A stretch of DNA of 64,000 bases from the NCBI GenBank assembly GCA_017964255.1, contig JAGCSI010000146.1, forward strand, positions 5,860 through 69,859. Reading direction: 5' to 3'. Positions 26,034-36,342 of the stretch are shown piece after piece. The DNA is from Bacteroidales bacterium. GTDB taxonomy: Bacteria > Bacteroidota > Bacteroidia > Bacteroidales > WCHB1-69. Under the pieces are notes generated by a model that was given only the letters and a program-made list of their open reading frames with translations, did no database searches and was not told where the DNA came from. The translations under genes were made by a program, and so were the position numbers. Position 1 is the stretch's first letter. Each line of letters begins with the position of its first letter.

Positions 26034-27273
26034 ATTAGTGACGATTTGTCCGTCTGAACTCAATGGAGAGGTCTTTATTACTGGTGCCAAAAACGCAGTG
26101 TTGCGTCACTTGGCCGCAAGTATCCTTAGCGACGGAATAATCTGCATTTCAAATTATCCAAAAGATATGCTTGATATACAGGTGCATGAAGAAATGCTTA
26201 CCGTGCTTGGCAAAAAGGTTACCCCAAATGAGGGGATTATCACAATTGAGGGTTCTGTAAATACATCAAACCTTGTATGGGAAAAACGTTCAATTAGGAA
26301 CACTTTATTGATTCTTGGAGCTCTTCTTACCAAGACCGGTGAAGGTCGTGTTCCCCTGCCTGGCGGCTGTTCGTTGGGAGACCGTAAGTATGACATTCAT
26401 GTTGGGCTTATGGAAGCTATGGGGGCCAAAGTGTGGCAAGAGGACAATTATCTTTGTGCAAAAACGGAAGGCCGGCTTAAAGCTTGTAACTACACATTGC
26501 CCATGCGTTCAACAGGTGCGACAGAAAATTCCATTATCATGGCATCTTTAGCAGAAGGTACAAGCCGAATTTGGAATCCACATATTCGCCCAGAGATACT
26601 TGATCTCATAGAGTTCTTGAGGAAGATGGGAGCTAAGATAAGTGTCAATGGCCAAGAGTCTATCATTATTGAAGGAGTAAAGAAACTTGACAGAGAAGTC
26701 TATCATTCGGCACTGAGTGACAATATGCAGGCACTGACTTATCTTATTGCCGGAGGTGTTGCTGGTAAGGAGTTGTTGATTCACAATTTTCCATTTGCCG
26801 ACTTAGAGATACCATTGGTTTTTTTGCGGTTTTCTGGTCTCTCGTATTATCAGAATGGTAACGACCTAATTGTTCGCAAGTGCAATCCCTATCCTGTTGA
26901 CATCAGTACCGGTCCTTATCCTGGAATTAATTCAGATATGCAACCTCTTTTTGCTGTTTGGGGAGCTCTGTCTCAAGGCACATCCACGATTACTGATCTT
27001 CGTTTTGTGGGCAGATATGGCTATGCAGAAGAATTTGCCAAGATGGGAGTTATAAGTGCGGTCGACAATAACCGCTTGCTCATCTATGGCGGCAATTCTA
27101 TTATAGGTGGGCAGAAAGTAACCGCATTGGATTTACGTGCTGGTGCTGCCCTGCTACTTCTGAGTCTCATTGCTGATGGGCCTACTACAATTGATGATTT
27201 CTGGATGATAGAAAGAGGGTATGATAGCCTTAAATCGACCCTTGAAAAGTTAGGTGTAAGGATTAAATATTAA
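26023..27273 (+). CDS. UDP-GlcNAc 1-carboxyvinyltransferase paralog (MurA-like enolpyruvyl transferase)
   Basis: 416 aa. It has the active-site-like LPGGCSLGDRKYDIH (compare MurA LPGGCAIG..R..D.H) and an EPSP/MurA-type length. Confidence 0.75.
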   Translation: MEDKLVTICPSELNGEVFITGAKNAVLRHLAASILSDGIICISNYPKDMLDIQVHEEMLTVLGKKVTPNEGIITIEGSVNTSNLVWEKRSIRNTLLILGALLTKTGEGRVPLPGGCSLGDRKYDIHVGLMEAMGAKVWQEDNYLCAKTEGRLKACNYTLPMRSTGATENSIIMASLAEGTSRIWNPHIRPEILDLIEFLRKMGAKISVNGQESIIIEGVKKLDREVYHSALSDNMQALTYLIAGGVAGKELLIHNFPFADLEIPLVFLRFSGLSYYQNGNDLIVRKCNPYPVDISTGPYPGINSDMQPLFAVWGALSQGTSTITDLRFVGRYGYAEEFAKMGVISAVDNNRLLIYGGNSIIGGQKVTALDLRAGAALLLLSLIADGPTTIDDFWMIERGYDSLKSTLEKLGVRIKY

Positions 27274-27278
27274 ATTGA

Positions 27279-28805
27279 ATGTCCGAAATATCAGATAATA
27301 AACGAATAGCGAAAAACACGCTGTTTCTATACGCTCGTATGCTCCTCATCATGCTGGTGGGGTTGTTTACGGTGCGTGTAGTACTTGACATTTTAGGAGC
27401 AGATGATTATGGCATCTATAATGTCGTAGGGGGCGTTGTTGCGATGTTTTCTTTCTTGACCAACTCAATGGTATCAGCTTCGCAACGATATTTCGCTTAC
27501 TATATTGGGAAGAAAGATTCCGAAAAACTTCGTCAATATTTCGTAATCACATGCCTATGCTATCTTGGCATAGGCCTTATTGTAATCATTTTAGCAGAGA
27601 CCGTTGGCTTATGGTTTGTGCTTAACAAACTCACAATACCTGAGGAACGAATGACCGCAGCCCTTGTGGTTTATCAGTGCTCTATATTTAGCTTTGTACT
27701 CAGAATACTAGTAATACCACACCAGTCATTCATTATCGCCAAAGAGCGTATGAGCATTTATGCTTATATAAGTATAGTGGAGGCTATTCTTCAATTATTG
27801 ATAGTATACTTGCTTATTGTTATCGAAATGGATCATTTGGCGCTGTATGGAATTCTTCACTGTTTTACAGGCCTTATCATATCTGTCTGGTATATCATCT
27901 ATTGTCGATACCATTTTAAGGAAACCAAGTTATATAAATATTATAACAAGAATCAGTTTGTGGATCTGTTGAGTTATAGTGGGTGGAACTTAATAGGAGT
28001 TTTATCTGGAGTGTGCAGAAGCCAGGGAATAAACATTCTGTTGAATATGTTCTTCATGCCGGCCATAAATGCTGCACGAGCTGTTGCCTATCAAATAAAC
28101 TCGGCTGTAACGACATTTGCAAACAACTTCTTCAGTGCTGTTAAACCTCAAATTACCAAACAATATGCTGCCGGAGAAAATGCAGGTATGGTTAATCTTG
28201 TTTTCAGGTCATCTAGATTCTGCTATTACATTTTGTATTTTCTTGCTCTTCCCATACTTTTTGAGGTGCCAACGATATTGAACTTATGGCTTAAGGACGT
28301 ACCTGATTATACAGTTTTATTTTCTCGTTTAGTTATAATAAATGCCTTAATCGATAGCACGGCTCTCCCTATAATGACAGCCATTCAAGCAACCGGACGT
28401 ATTAGGAATTATCAAATAGTGACGGCAGGCTTGTTATTACTTATTTTACCTGTTTCCTATGTTTTCCTCAAATTGGGCTACCCTCCGCAATCCACAATGA
28501 TAGTGTCTATTTGTATTTCTGCCATAGCACAGTTATCACGAATGTTTTTTGCTAAGCAGTTACTATCAATTAGAATTGGGGCTTATTTCAAAGAAGTACT
28601 AGTGCCGATTGGAATAGTAACCATTCTTTCATTCATACCACCTTTTGTGTTGAAATCTATAATGAATAATGGATACTTTGAATTCTTTATAGTTATTGGT
28701 ACATCATGCCTTTTTGTGGCCTTGATTGCTTTCATGCTTGGTATGTCCCAAGCAGAACGAAGTTATTTGATAAGCATTGTAAAAAAGAGAATTCATAAAA
28801 AATGA
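27279..28805 (+). CDS. wzx: Wzx-type oligosaccharide flippase (MOP superfamily)
   Basis: 508 aa with about 12-14 hydrophobic segments. The N-terminus (KNTLFLYARMLLIMLVGLFTVRVVL) is typical of polysaccharide-biosynthesis flippases. Confidence 0.75.
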   Translation: MSEISDNKRIAKNTLFLYARMLLIMLVGLFTVRVVLDILGADDYGIYNVVGGVVAMFSFLTNSMVSASQRYFAYYIGKKDSEKLRQYFVITCLCYLGIGLIVIILAETVGLWFVLNKLTIPEERMTAALVVYQCSIFSFVLRILVIPHQSFIIAKERMSIYAYISIVEAILQLLIVYLLIVIEMDHLALYGILHCFTGLIISVWYIIYCRYHFKETKLYKYYNKNQFVDLLSYSGWNLIGVLSGVCRSQGINILLNMFFMPAINAARAVAYQINSAVTTFANNFFSAVKPQITKQYAAGENAGMVNLVFRSSRFCYYILYFLALPILFEVPTILNLWLKDVPDYTVLFSRLVIINALIDSTALPIMTAIQATGRIRNYQIVTAGLLLLILPVSYVFLKLGYPPQSTMIVSICISAIAQLSRMFFAKQLLSIRIGAYFKEVLVPIGIVTILSFIPPFVLKSIMNNGYFEFFIVIGTSCLFVALIAFMLGMSQAERSYLISIVKKRIHKK

Positions 28806-29650
28806 GAATAGAACGTAATCTGGATTTAACCGAATTCAACTCTTATCGGATTCATTCAGTCGCAGAGACTGCGTATTTTCCGGAAACGACTGAAGAAATA
28901 AAAAAATTGGCAGATAGTATAAATCCTATCATCATTGGCGGTGGTTGCAATGTTATTTTCGCGCAAGATTGTTATGCACAACCTATCATGTTTGTTAGAG
29001 ACAACTATTCTGGTATTTCTTCAAATGGAGAATGTCTGGTGGTAAAAGCTGGTACCGACTTAAAGGTGCTAAGTGAATATGCTAAAGACCATTCGTTAAG
29101 TGGTGTGGAGTACTATTATGACATCCCAGGATGTGTTGGAGGTGCAACTATTATGAATGCCGGTTGTAATGGCCGTTCATTCAGCGAATTGTTGGAGGAG
29201 GTAACTTTTTACGATATTGAGAAGGAGACTATATCAACGATGACTAAAGAGGAGATGAGATTTGAATACCGTGGCAACGTGCTTAAGGACATGAAAGTTG
29301 TGGTTTTGGAAGTTGTCTTGAGGTTACAGAAATCAAGTCAAACAGATATAGCATTATTGATGGAAAATAATAAGGAAAACCGATGGGCAAAGCAACCACG
29401 TGATTATCCGAGCGCAGGAAGCGTTTTTAAACGCCCTGTCGGTCACTTTGTGGGGCCAATGATTACCGAGGTAGGATTAAAAGGCTATCGCATTGGTGAT
29501 GCTATGATTTCAGACAAGCATGCAGGTTTTATTGTCAATCTTGGGAATGCCTCAGCAGGGGACATCATATCGCTCATTCGTATGGCTCAAGAAAAAGTAA
29601 AGGCTCAGTTTGGTGTCGAGTTAGAACTAGAACAAAGAATCATAGGATAA
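28802..29650 (+). CDS. UDP-N-acetylenolpyruvoylglucosamine reductase paralog (MurB-like)
   Basis: 282 aa. It has NSYRIHSVAE, IIGGGCNV, a PSAGSVFKRP-type motif and ISDKHAGFIVN, as in type-II MurB. Confidence 0.75.
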   Translation: MRIERNLDLTEFNSYRIHSVAETAYFPETTEEIKKLADSINPIIIGGGCNVIFAQDCYAQPIMFVRDNYSGISSNGECLVVKAGTDLKVLSEYAKDHSLSGVEYYYDIPGCVGGATIMNAGCNGRSFSELLEEVTFYDIEKETISTMTKEEMRFEYRGNVLKDMKVVVLEVVLRLQKSSQTDIALLMENNKENRWAKQPRDYPSAGSVFKRPVGHFVGPMITEVGLKGYRIGDAMISDKHAGFIVNLGNASAGDIISLIRMAQEKVKAQFGVELELEQRIIG

Positions 29651-30789
29651 TGAAATCCATACTATTTGTTATCAATACATTTTCAGATATAGGGGGGCAT
29701 TACTATAGCTTAGTGACCACTGCTACAGCATTAAGTATGCAATATAGAGTTTATATAGTAAATGTCGGAGAAAAACCGGCACCTATTATTTCAAACACTG
29801 ATATTCCCCACTCCTATGTTTATTCTGATTTAAAAAATCAAGGCTCTGTCACACGACAAATTACTAGGATTGTAAAATCGCAACATGCTGAAGTTATTCA
29901 TGCTTTTGATCAAGTTTCTTATTTTTTAAGTTTCTTTACCGCATGGAGATGTGGAATACCTTTAGTCGCGACTAAGTGCGGTGGGCCTGTGAGTCCTAAT
30001 TATCCATATATTAATAACATTGTCGTTTTTACCAAAGAGGATCAGACGTTTTTCAATTCAAAGTTAAATTGTAATGAGTCCCAGATAGCTCTAATCCCCA
30101 ACAGGGTTATTCCTTTTCAGCAGGATAAGGATAGAATTGATTCGTTGAGAAAAGTATGCAATATTGAAGACAAGCGAGTTATTCTTCGAATAGGCAGAAT
30201 AGATCCATTCTATTATGAAACTAGCAAACAAAGTATTAACTTAGCGAAAGCCTTGCATGAGTTAGATCCGTCTTTTGTTTTGTTGATTGTGGGTAATGTG
30301 GTGGATAATGAGACTCTTGGAAAAATGCGTCAGGATGCTTATGGTTGTGATTTCATATACTTTGTGACCGATAGAAAATTTACGCTCGATGCAAAACAGT
30401 TAATTGATATAGCAGAAATTGTTGTTGGAACAGGCAGAGGGTTTATGGAAGCTTGCAGTTTGGGCAAAACCATGATGGCACCGAATAAGGGCAACTTGTA
30501 TCCGACTATGATGACAGACGATATATTTGATGAAGTGTTTTATTATAATTTCTCAGAGCGGTACAAAGGGCGTGATTATTCTCCTACTGAGATTATTGAA
30601 ATGATTAATCATAGTAAAGGGGAGTCCCTATCATGGTTTGATCATTATTTCTCTAGTTCAAAGATTGAACCTTTATATTCTTCTTTTTATGATAATTTAA
30701 AACCGACAAAATATTATAAAATCTTCAAAGATATTGTTAAGCCTCTTCTTTCGGGGTGGTATCATACTATTAAATTGAGAAATAGATAA
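29650..30789 (+). CDS. Putative glycosyltransferase (GT-B-like) or hypothetical protein
   Basis: 379 aa. The N-terminus (ILFVINTFSDIGGHY) and a mid-protein ILRIGRID...LLIVGN resemble GT4 layouts, but there is no clear EX7E motif. Confidence 0.4.
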   Translation: MKSILFVINTFSDIGGHYYSLVTTATALSMQYRVYIVNVGEKPAPIISNTDIPHSYVYSDLKNQGSVTRQITRIVKSQHAEVIHAFDQVSYFLSFFTAWRCGIPLVATKCGGPVSPNYPYINNIVVFTKEDQTFFNSKLNCNESQIALIPNRVIPFQQDKDRIDSLRKVCNIEDKRVILRIGRIDPFYYETSKQSINLAKALHELDPSFVLLIVGNVVDNETLGKMRQDAYGCDFIYFVTDRKFTLDAKQLIDIAEIVVGTGRGFMEACSLGKTMMAPNKGNLYPTMMTDDIFDEVFYYNFSERYKGRDYSPTEIIEMINHSKGESLSWFDHYFSSSKIEPLYSSFYDNLKPTKYYKIFKDIVKPLLSGWYHTIKLRNR

Positions 30790-30799
30790 GAAGAATTAT

Positions 30800-31921
30800 A
30801 TGAGAAAACAAACAGTTTTATTATTCAATACTATTTATCCAACACAAACAGGAGGAATGGAAGTGTATAACTACCGTTTATCCAATCGTATTCTGACGGG
30901 AAAGACACCGAATATTATTTTGTTGTTGTCTGATTCGTCTCGGGTGGATAATAGGCGGATTTTTTGTATACGCAATCGAATATTTGGAATTACTCGCTAT
31001 GGTTTAGGAATGCTATCTGTATTTGTTTCTTGTTTGATCTCGAGACATATACATATCAGGAAATGGAAAACAGTAATGATTCCCTATACAAGCAATTTTG
31101 AGTTCAATGCATGGCCAGTTCTGTTGTTCAGTAAACTGTTTGGATTTAAGTATGTGCTTCATTGTCATGGGGGGGGAGCAAAAGAATGGCGTACACCAAA
31201 GTTGCAAACAAAGCTTTTCAGAAGAGCTAGTCACGTGACAGCCGTATCACAAAAGATTATCGATGAGTATGAAAAAAGGACAGGATGTAAAGTTGAGTAT
31301 TTACCGCCTTTGATGGACTACAAGAAATCCACTTTATCCAAAGAAGAGGCAAAGAAACAATTTGGTCTTGAAAAGTATGACAAAATTGTTCTCTATGTCG
31401 GAAGTGTTAAACACCTAAAATCACCTGAGACTCTGCTAAAAGCATTCTCTTCACTTCCCGATGACTATGTAAAAGAGAAAAGAATTGGTCTGGTAATGGC
31501 AGGTGGAGGAGAACTGCTTATGGAAATGCAATCCAAATACTCATCTAATAGTAATATACATATTCTTGGCGCGGTAAAAAACGAGCTGATTAAGGACTTG
31601 TATGCCGCTGCAGATATTTATGTTATATGTTCCTGGTTTGAAGGTACTCCTCTCGCTTTAATGGAGGCTATGTATAATGGTCTTTGTTGTATTGGAACGA
31701 AGGTGCAGGGAATAGACGCTATTCTCGAAGACAAAAAGAATGGACTGTTATTCCAGAAAGACGATGATAAGGTTTTGCGTGAACTTTTACAAAAGTGTCT
31801 TAATGACGATGATTTGGCACTGCGATTAGGAAAGAATGCACAGGAGTTCTATAATACTCATTATTCATACGACAACCACTTGAAAAAAGTGTTTGAATTA
31901 CTTGATTATAGTAAAAACTAA
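30800..31921 (+). CDS. Glycosyltransferase family 4 (GT1-type fold)
   Basis: 373 aa. It has the C-terminal EGTPLALMEAM (EX7E) motif. Confidence 0.75.
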   Translation: MRKQTVLLFNTIYPTQTGGMEVYNYRLSNRILTGKTPNIILLLSDSSRVDNRRIFCIRNRIFGITRYGLGMLSVFVSCLISRHIHIRKWKTVMIPYTSNFEFNAWPVLLFSKLFGFKYVLHCHGGGAKEWRTPKLQTKLFRRASHVTAVSQKIIDEYEKRTGCKVEYLPPLMDYKKSTLSKEEAKKQFGLEKYDKIVLYVGSVKHLKSPETLLKAFSSLPDDYVKEKRIGLVMAGGGELLMEMQSKYSSNSNIHILGAVKNELIKDLYAAADIYVICSWFEGTPLALMEAMYNGLCCIGTKVQGIDAILEDKKNGLLFQKDDDKVLRELLQKCLNDDDLALRLGKNAQEFYNTHYSYDNHLKKVFELLDYSKN

Positions 31922-31922
31922 T

Positions 31923-33041
31923 ATGAGAAACGTAATAATGATGCACAGTGTGGGCAGTAACCATACCTTGTGGAAAGAACGCTGGCTCTCGGTTGACAAA
32001 GAGCAGTTTGAGGTGTTTTGCCGATACCTGAGCAAACATGGTTATAAAACGTACTTTCTTGATTATTGGTATGAGCAAGAGAATGTGTCAGTAAAAGATA
32101 AGAAGGATTTATACCTGACATTTGATGATGGATATCTTGACAATCTGCTGGTCGCCTATCCCATCATGAAGAAATATGGCATCAAGGGTACTATTTTCGT
32201 TAATCCAGAGTTCGTTGACCCCAGTAGCGGTATTCGCACATTAGAGGGTAACAAAGGAGAGACACTAGGATTTCTGAATTGGGACGAGATTCGCTTCCTC
32301 GACAAATCTGGAGTGATGGATATTCAGTCGCATAGTATGTCGCACAATTTCTATTTCAGAAGCGATAATATGATAGATGTGCATACACCAGAGGATAAGT
32401 ATCATTGGTTGGCATGGTATAATAAACCGGAGAGAAAGCATGTTTGGCAGTTAGAAGACCAAAGTATTTATACTCCTTATGGAACTCCAGTGTTTGAGTA
32501 TTATCGTGCTTTAGGGCTACGTCGTTATTTCCCAGATGAAAGGGTTGTAGATAAGTCAATCACTTTATATAATGAAGGTAAAAGCAAAGAAGATATTATC
32601 GCTGCATGCATTGAGCTGTTGAAGACATATCCTGGCCGTTTTGAGACTGACGAGGAGAAAGAACTGCGTTTTCGTTATGAGTTATTTGATAGTAAGCGGA
32701 TCTTGGAAGAAAAGTTGGACAAGAGGGTGGATTTCCTTTGCTGGCCTGGAGGGGGGTATGACGAAATGTCATTACAATTGGCTGAAGAAGCAGGATATAA
32801 GGCTTCTACTATTGCATCAAGAGAAGGAAGGTTGCTTGTTAATAATATAGGATTGAAATACAAAAGAATAGTGCGAATGGGAATGGATTCTACGATTAGA
32901 AAAGGCAGGTATTTCAGACCACTGCGTATTGTTCCATCTCATTATAAGGGTCATCTATCTTTCATGCTTAAAATTGAAGAAAGGCGACCAATAGCTCTTT
33001 TTCTTGCAAAAGTTAATAATTTGTTTTTAAGATTTTTCTGA
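31923..33041 (+). CDS. Polysaccharide deacetylase (NodB-homology) family protein
   Basis: The ATG at 31923 is preferred (MRNVIMMHSV). It has the LTFDDGYLDN motif, HSMSH and WPGGGY. Confidence 0.7.
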   Translation: MRNVIMMHSVGSNHTLWKERWLSVDKEQFEVFCRYLSKHGYKTYFLDYWYEQENVSVKDKKDLYLTFDDGYLDNLLVAYPIMKKYGIKGTIFVNPEFVDPSSGIRTLEGNKGETLGFLNWDEIRFLDKSGVMDIQSHSMSHNFYFRSDNMIDVHTPEDKYHWLAWYNKPERKHVWQLEDQSIYTPYGTPVFEYYRALGLRRYFPDERVVDKSITLYNEGKSKEDIIAACIELLKTYPGRFETDEEKELRFRYELFDSKRILEEKLDKRVDFLCWPGGGYDEMSLQLAEEAGYKASTIASREGRLLVNNIGLKYKRIVRMGMDSTIRKGRYFRPLRIVPSHYKGHLSFMLKIEERRPIALFLAKVNNLFLRFF

Positions 33042-34255
33042 TGAGTAATAAATACACCTTTTCTATAATCGTCATTTTTTTGGTGATTATTTGGGGACCA
33101 CTTCAGGCTTATATAGAGACTGATGGTGCATTTAGAATTCCAATGGCATTGTCATTTATTGCAGTTTTAATGTGGAGTTCTGATATTATAAAGTTCTGCT
33201 TTCGTAAAGCAGTAGCTTTTTATTTAATACTTGCGCTTTATATTTTTATTAATGGATTGGCACATCATAGTCAATTATTGTATGGAGAAGGATTCATGGG
33301 TGTCTATTTGATGGCCGTTGCACTTTTTCTGCCAGTTATGATAATGCTTGTGGTATTTTGTTGTTCAAGATATAAGTTGGATAAGACGCTTCAGTGGATT
33401 ACTGTCGCATTAGTTGTATATTGTGTGTTATGCTTCTCCTCAGGTGAAATGGTAGATGATATCTCCGGTGAAGGTCAAAGATTTACCTCCATTATTAATG
33501 CAAATGAGGTGGCATTGATGCTTGCAATATGTTTTGCTTTTTTATATTTACTATTTGTAAGAGGTCGTATTAGGTTACCCTTTTTTGTTTCATTAGGAAT
33601 CCTTATTGTAATTGGAGAAATGGCAACGGGCTCTCGTATGGGGTTCTCAATGGTCGGTATAATGTCGGTTTCTTCTATTATAATGTTAAGAAAGCGTGGA
33701 AAAATAAACTCTTTTCTAAAAACAGTTTCATTGCTTCTTATTGCATTTGTTCTAATCTATTATATGATGGAATATACTTATGTCGGCCAGCGTTTATCAA
33801 GTACTACGACTCAGACAGAAACGATGGTGATGGCAACGGGAACTATTTGGGATAAGTTTGGCGATAGAGGTCTTCAATATTACTATAGCTGGCCGTTTTT
33901 TCTCAAAAGTCCGATTTTTGGAATTGGGTTCCACCAGTGGGTAAATGTAGGTAATTTTGGCTATGTATGTCATTCTGAATATCTTGTTCAATATCTGGAG
34001 GATGGATTAATTGGTATTGGCCTTTATCTTCCCTTTTTTTTTGGTCTTATAATGAAGCTCTGGCGTAATAGGAATAAGGCAAATTCAAAAGAATCAGCAA
34101 CGAATAAGGTTGTACTATCCGCAATGTTTGCTATTGCGTTTGCCAATGCAGTCTTGTGGACCTTTTCTAGTATTGGAGTTTTTGCACTCTATGGTATAGC
34201 ACACGTATTAACTATAGATGATAGCAGGAAAAAGGTTAAATCGTTACTTGCATAA
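33041..34255 (+). CDS. wzy: O-antigen/capsule repeat-unit polymerase (Wzy-like)
   Basis: 404 aa with about 10 TM segments and a large late loop. The call rests on locus context (wzx and glycosyltransferases). Confidence 0.55.
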   Translation: MSNKYTFSIIVIFLVIIWGPLQAYIETDGAFRIPMALSFIAVLMWSSDIIKFCFRKAVAFYLILALYIFINGLAHHSQLLYGEGFMGVYLMAVALFLPVMIMLVVFCCSRYKLDKTLQWITVALVVYCVLCFSSGEMVDDISGEGQRFTSIINANEVALMLAICFAFLYLLFVRGRIRLPFFVSLGILIVIGEMATGSRMGFSMVGIMSVSSIIMLRKRGKINSFLKTVSLLLIAFVLIYYMMEYTYVGQRLSSTTTQTETMVMATGTIWDKFGDRGLQYYYSWPFFLKSPIFGIGFHQWVNVGNFGYVCHSEYLVQYLEDGLIGIGLYLPFFFGLIMKLWRNRNKANSKESATNKVVLSAMFAIAFANAVLWTFSSIGVFALYGIAHVLTIDDSRKKVKSLLA

Positions 34256-34265
34256 TTATTGTGTT

Positions 34266-35186
34266 ATGAGAAATATTTCTTTTTATCTTACACATCCGAA
34301 GAAAACGCTCTTTTACATATTTATTACGTTTTCACATTTCCTTCCAGATAGGCTCCATTTGAAATTGCTTTATCGTTTTGAGATGGGGAAGAATCTTGAT
34401 TTGGATAATCCGCAGACTTTTTGTGAAAAACTCCAATGGTTGAAATTGTATAATCGGAAAGCAGAATACACCACGATGGTGGATAAACTAGCCGTCAAGA
34501 AATATGTGACGGACAAGATCGGAAGCCAATATGTAATTCCCGTCTTGGGCGTATGGGAGCGTCCGGAAGATATCGATTTTGAATCTTTACCTGAAAGGTT
34601 TGTACTCAAAACCACTAACGGGGGAGGGGGAGAAGGCGTTTATATATGCAAAGATAAAAGAATGATTGATAAGAGAGAAGCAATAAGAATGATGTCTCAT
34701 TCTATGAAAGCTGATATATATAAAGCACGCGTTGAATGGGCATACAAAAACGTGCCCAAACGGATATTTGCTGAACAATATATGGAAGATAAGCCAGATG
34801 TTGCAGACCTGCCAGATTATAAATGGTATTGCTTTAATGGGTCCCCCACTTTCTGCCAAGTTATCAAAGATCGTTCTTCAAAAGAAACCATTGATTTCTT
34901 CGATACCGATTGGAATCATCAAGAGTTTGTTGGTTTAAATCCTAATGTCACTCATGCTCAAGTATTACCTGAACGTCCGGCACATCTTGAAACTCAGATT
35001 CATATAGCGAAAGAGTTATCTAAAGATATTCCTTTTTCAAGGATTGATCTTTATGAAATAAACAATAAAATCTATTTTGGAGAAATAACGTTATATCCTG
35101 CTTCTGGAATTGGAAAGTTTCGCCCTGAACAATATGATCAGATTTTAGGGCAGTTACTGGTTTTGCCGGAAGATAAGCATTGCTAG
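34266..35186 (+). CDS. TupA-like ATP-grasp protein
   Basis: The ATG at 34266 is preferred. The N-terminal region (PQTFCEKLQWLKLYNR, DKLAVKKYV) and the C-terminal FSRIDLYEINNKIYFGEITLYP match the TupA-like ATP-grasp pattern. Confidence 0.6.
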   Translation: MRNISFYLTHPKKTLFYIFITFSHFLPDRLHLKLLYRFEMGKNLDLDNPQTFCEKLQWLKLYNRKAEYTTMVDKLAVKKYVTDKIGSQYVIPVLGVWERPEDIDFESLPERFVLKTTNGGGGEGVYICKDKRMIDKREAIRMMSHSMKADIYKARVEWAYKNVPKRIFAEQYMEDKPDVADLPDYKWYCFNGSPTFCQVIKDRSSKETIDFFDTDWNHQEFVGLNPNVTHAQVLPERPAHLETQIHIAKELSKDIPFSRIDLYEINNKIYFGEITLYPASGIGKFRPEQYDQILGQLLVLPEDKHC

Positions 35187-35224
35187 AAGTATCTTATTTT
35201 GAAAGAGATGAAATCCAAAAAAAT

Positions 35225-36310
35225 ATGAAAGAAAAAAGGAGATTACTATTAATTATTGATACTCTTAATTCAGGGGGTGCACAGAGGCAATTGGTAGGTT
35301 TAGCGAAATTGTTGAAAGACAATGGCCATACCGTGCGTGTGATAAGCTATATAGATGCTCCTTTTTATAAAGCATTCCTTGATGAGAACGAAGTGGATAA
35401 CGAGTGCTTGATAGAAGGAGGGCCAGCAAAGCCAAATTACATCAAGGTATATAGGGCTATTAAAAAGGACATTAAATGTTTTAAGCCAGAAGTTGTAATA
35501 GCATATTTACAATTTCCTTCAATTATGTCTTCGCTTATCCATAGTAGAGATAAGTCGTTTAAATTAATTGTATCAGAACGAAATACTACACAAGAATTTG
35601 ACTGGTTCGAAAGAATAAAATTTTGGACTTTCCGTTGGGCTGACTATATTGTGCCAAACTCGCATTCTCAAGAAAGATTTATTCAACTGCATTATCCAAA
35701 GTATGCAAGTAAAATTGTTACGATTACTAATTTTGTAGATACAGATATTTTTGTTCCTGCAACCAAGCAATTTGAGAATCCGACACCTATATTACTGTCT
35801 GTTGGTAGGGTTATGGTGCAGAAGAATGTGTTAGTATTCATAAATGTATTAAAGCGTCTTAAGGATGAAGGTATTCTATTCAAAGTACTTTGGTATGGAG
35901 GGAAAGAAGATCAATATTTTAAAGAGTGTGAAACAAAACAAAAGGAATACGGATTGGATGGATTGTTAGAATTTAAAGGTCGGACAAATGACGTTCTGGA
36001 TGTCTATCAAAAAGCAGACGTTTTTTGTCTTCCTTCTATTTATGAAGGATATCCTAATGTCTTATGCGAAGCGATGTGTTGCGGCTTGCCTGTAACTGCA
36101 AGTGATGTGTGTGATAATTCGGATATAGTTTCATCTTCGTGTGGACGCTTGTTCAATCCTTATGACGAAGATGATATGTATAATAAGATTAAAGAGATTC
36201 TCACAATGAATAAGAGTGAACTGGCTAAGATGGGTGAATGTAGTCGAGATATATCGATTAGAAAGTTCTCTAAGGTCGAATTTGTGATAAAATACGAATC
36301 TTTGTTTTAA
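35225..36310 (+). CDS. Glycosyltransferase family 4
   Basis: The ATG at 35225 is preferred. It has LLLIIDTLNSGGAQRQ and EGYPNVLCEAM (EX7E). Confidence 0.75.
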   Translation: MKEKRRLLLIIDTLNSGGAQRQLVGLAKLLKDNGHTVRVISYIDAPFYKAFLDENEVDNECLIEGGPAKPNYIKVYRAIKKDIKCFKPEVVIAYLQFPSIMSSLIHSRDKSFKLIVSERNTTQEFDWFERIKFWTFRWADYIVPNSHSQERFIQLHYPKYASKIVTITNFVDTDIFVPATKQFENPTPILLSVGRVMVQKNVLVFINVLKRLKDEGILFKVLWYGGKEDQYFKECETKQKEYGLDGLLEFKGRTNDVLDVYQKADVFCLPSIYEGYPNVLCEAMCCGLPVTASDVCDNSDIVSSSCGRLFNPYDEDDMYNKIKEILTMNKSELAKMGECSRDISIRKFSKVEFVIKYESLF

Positions 36311-36342
36311 AACAAGAAGAAAATCTACGTAAAGTCTTGATA

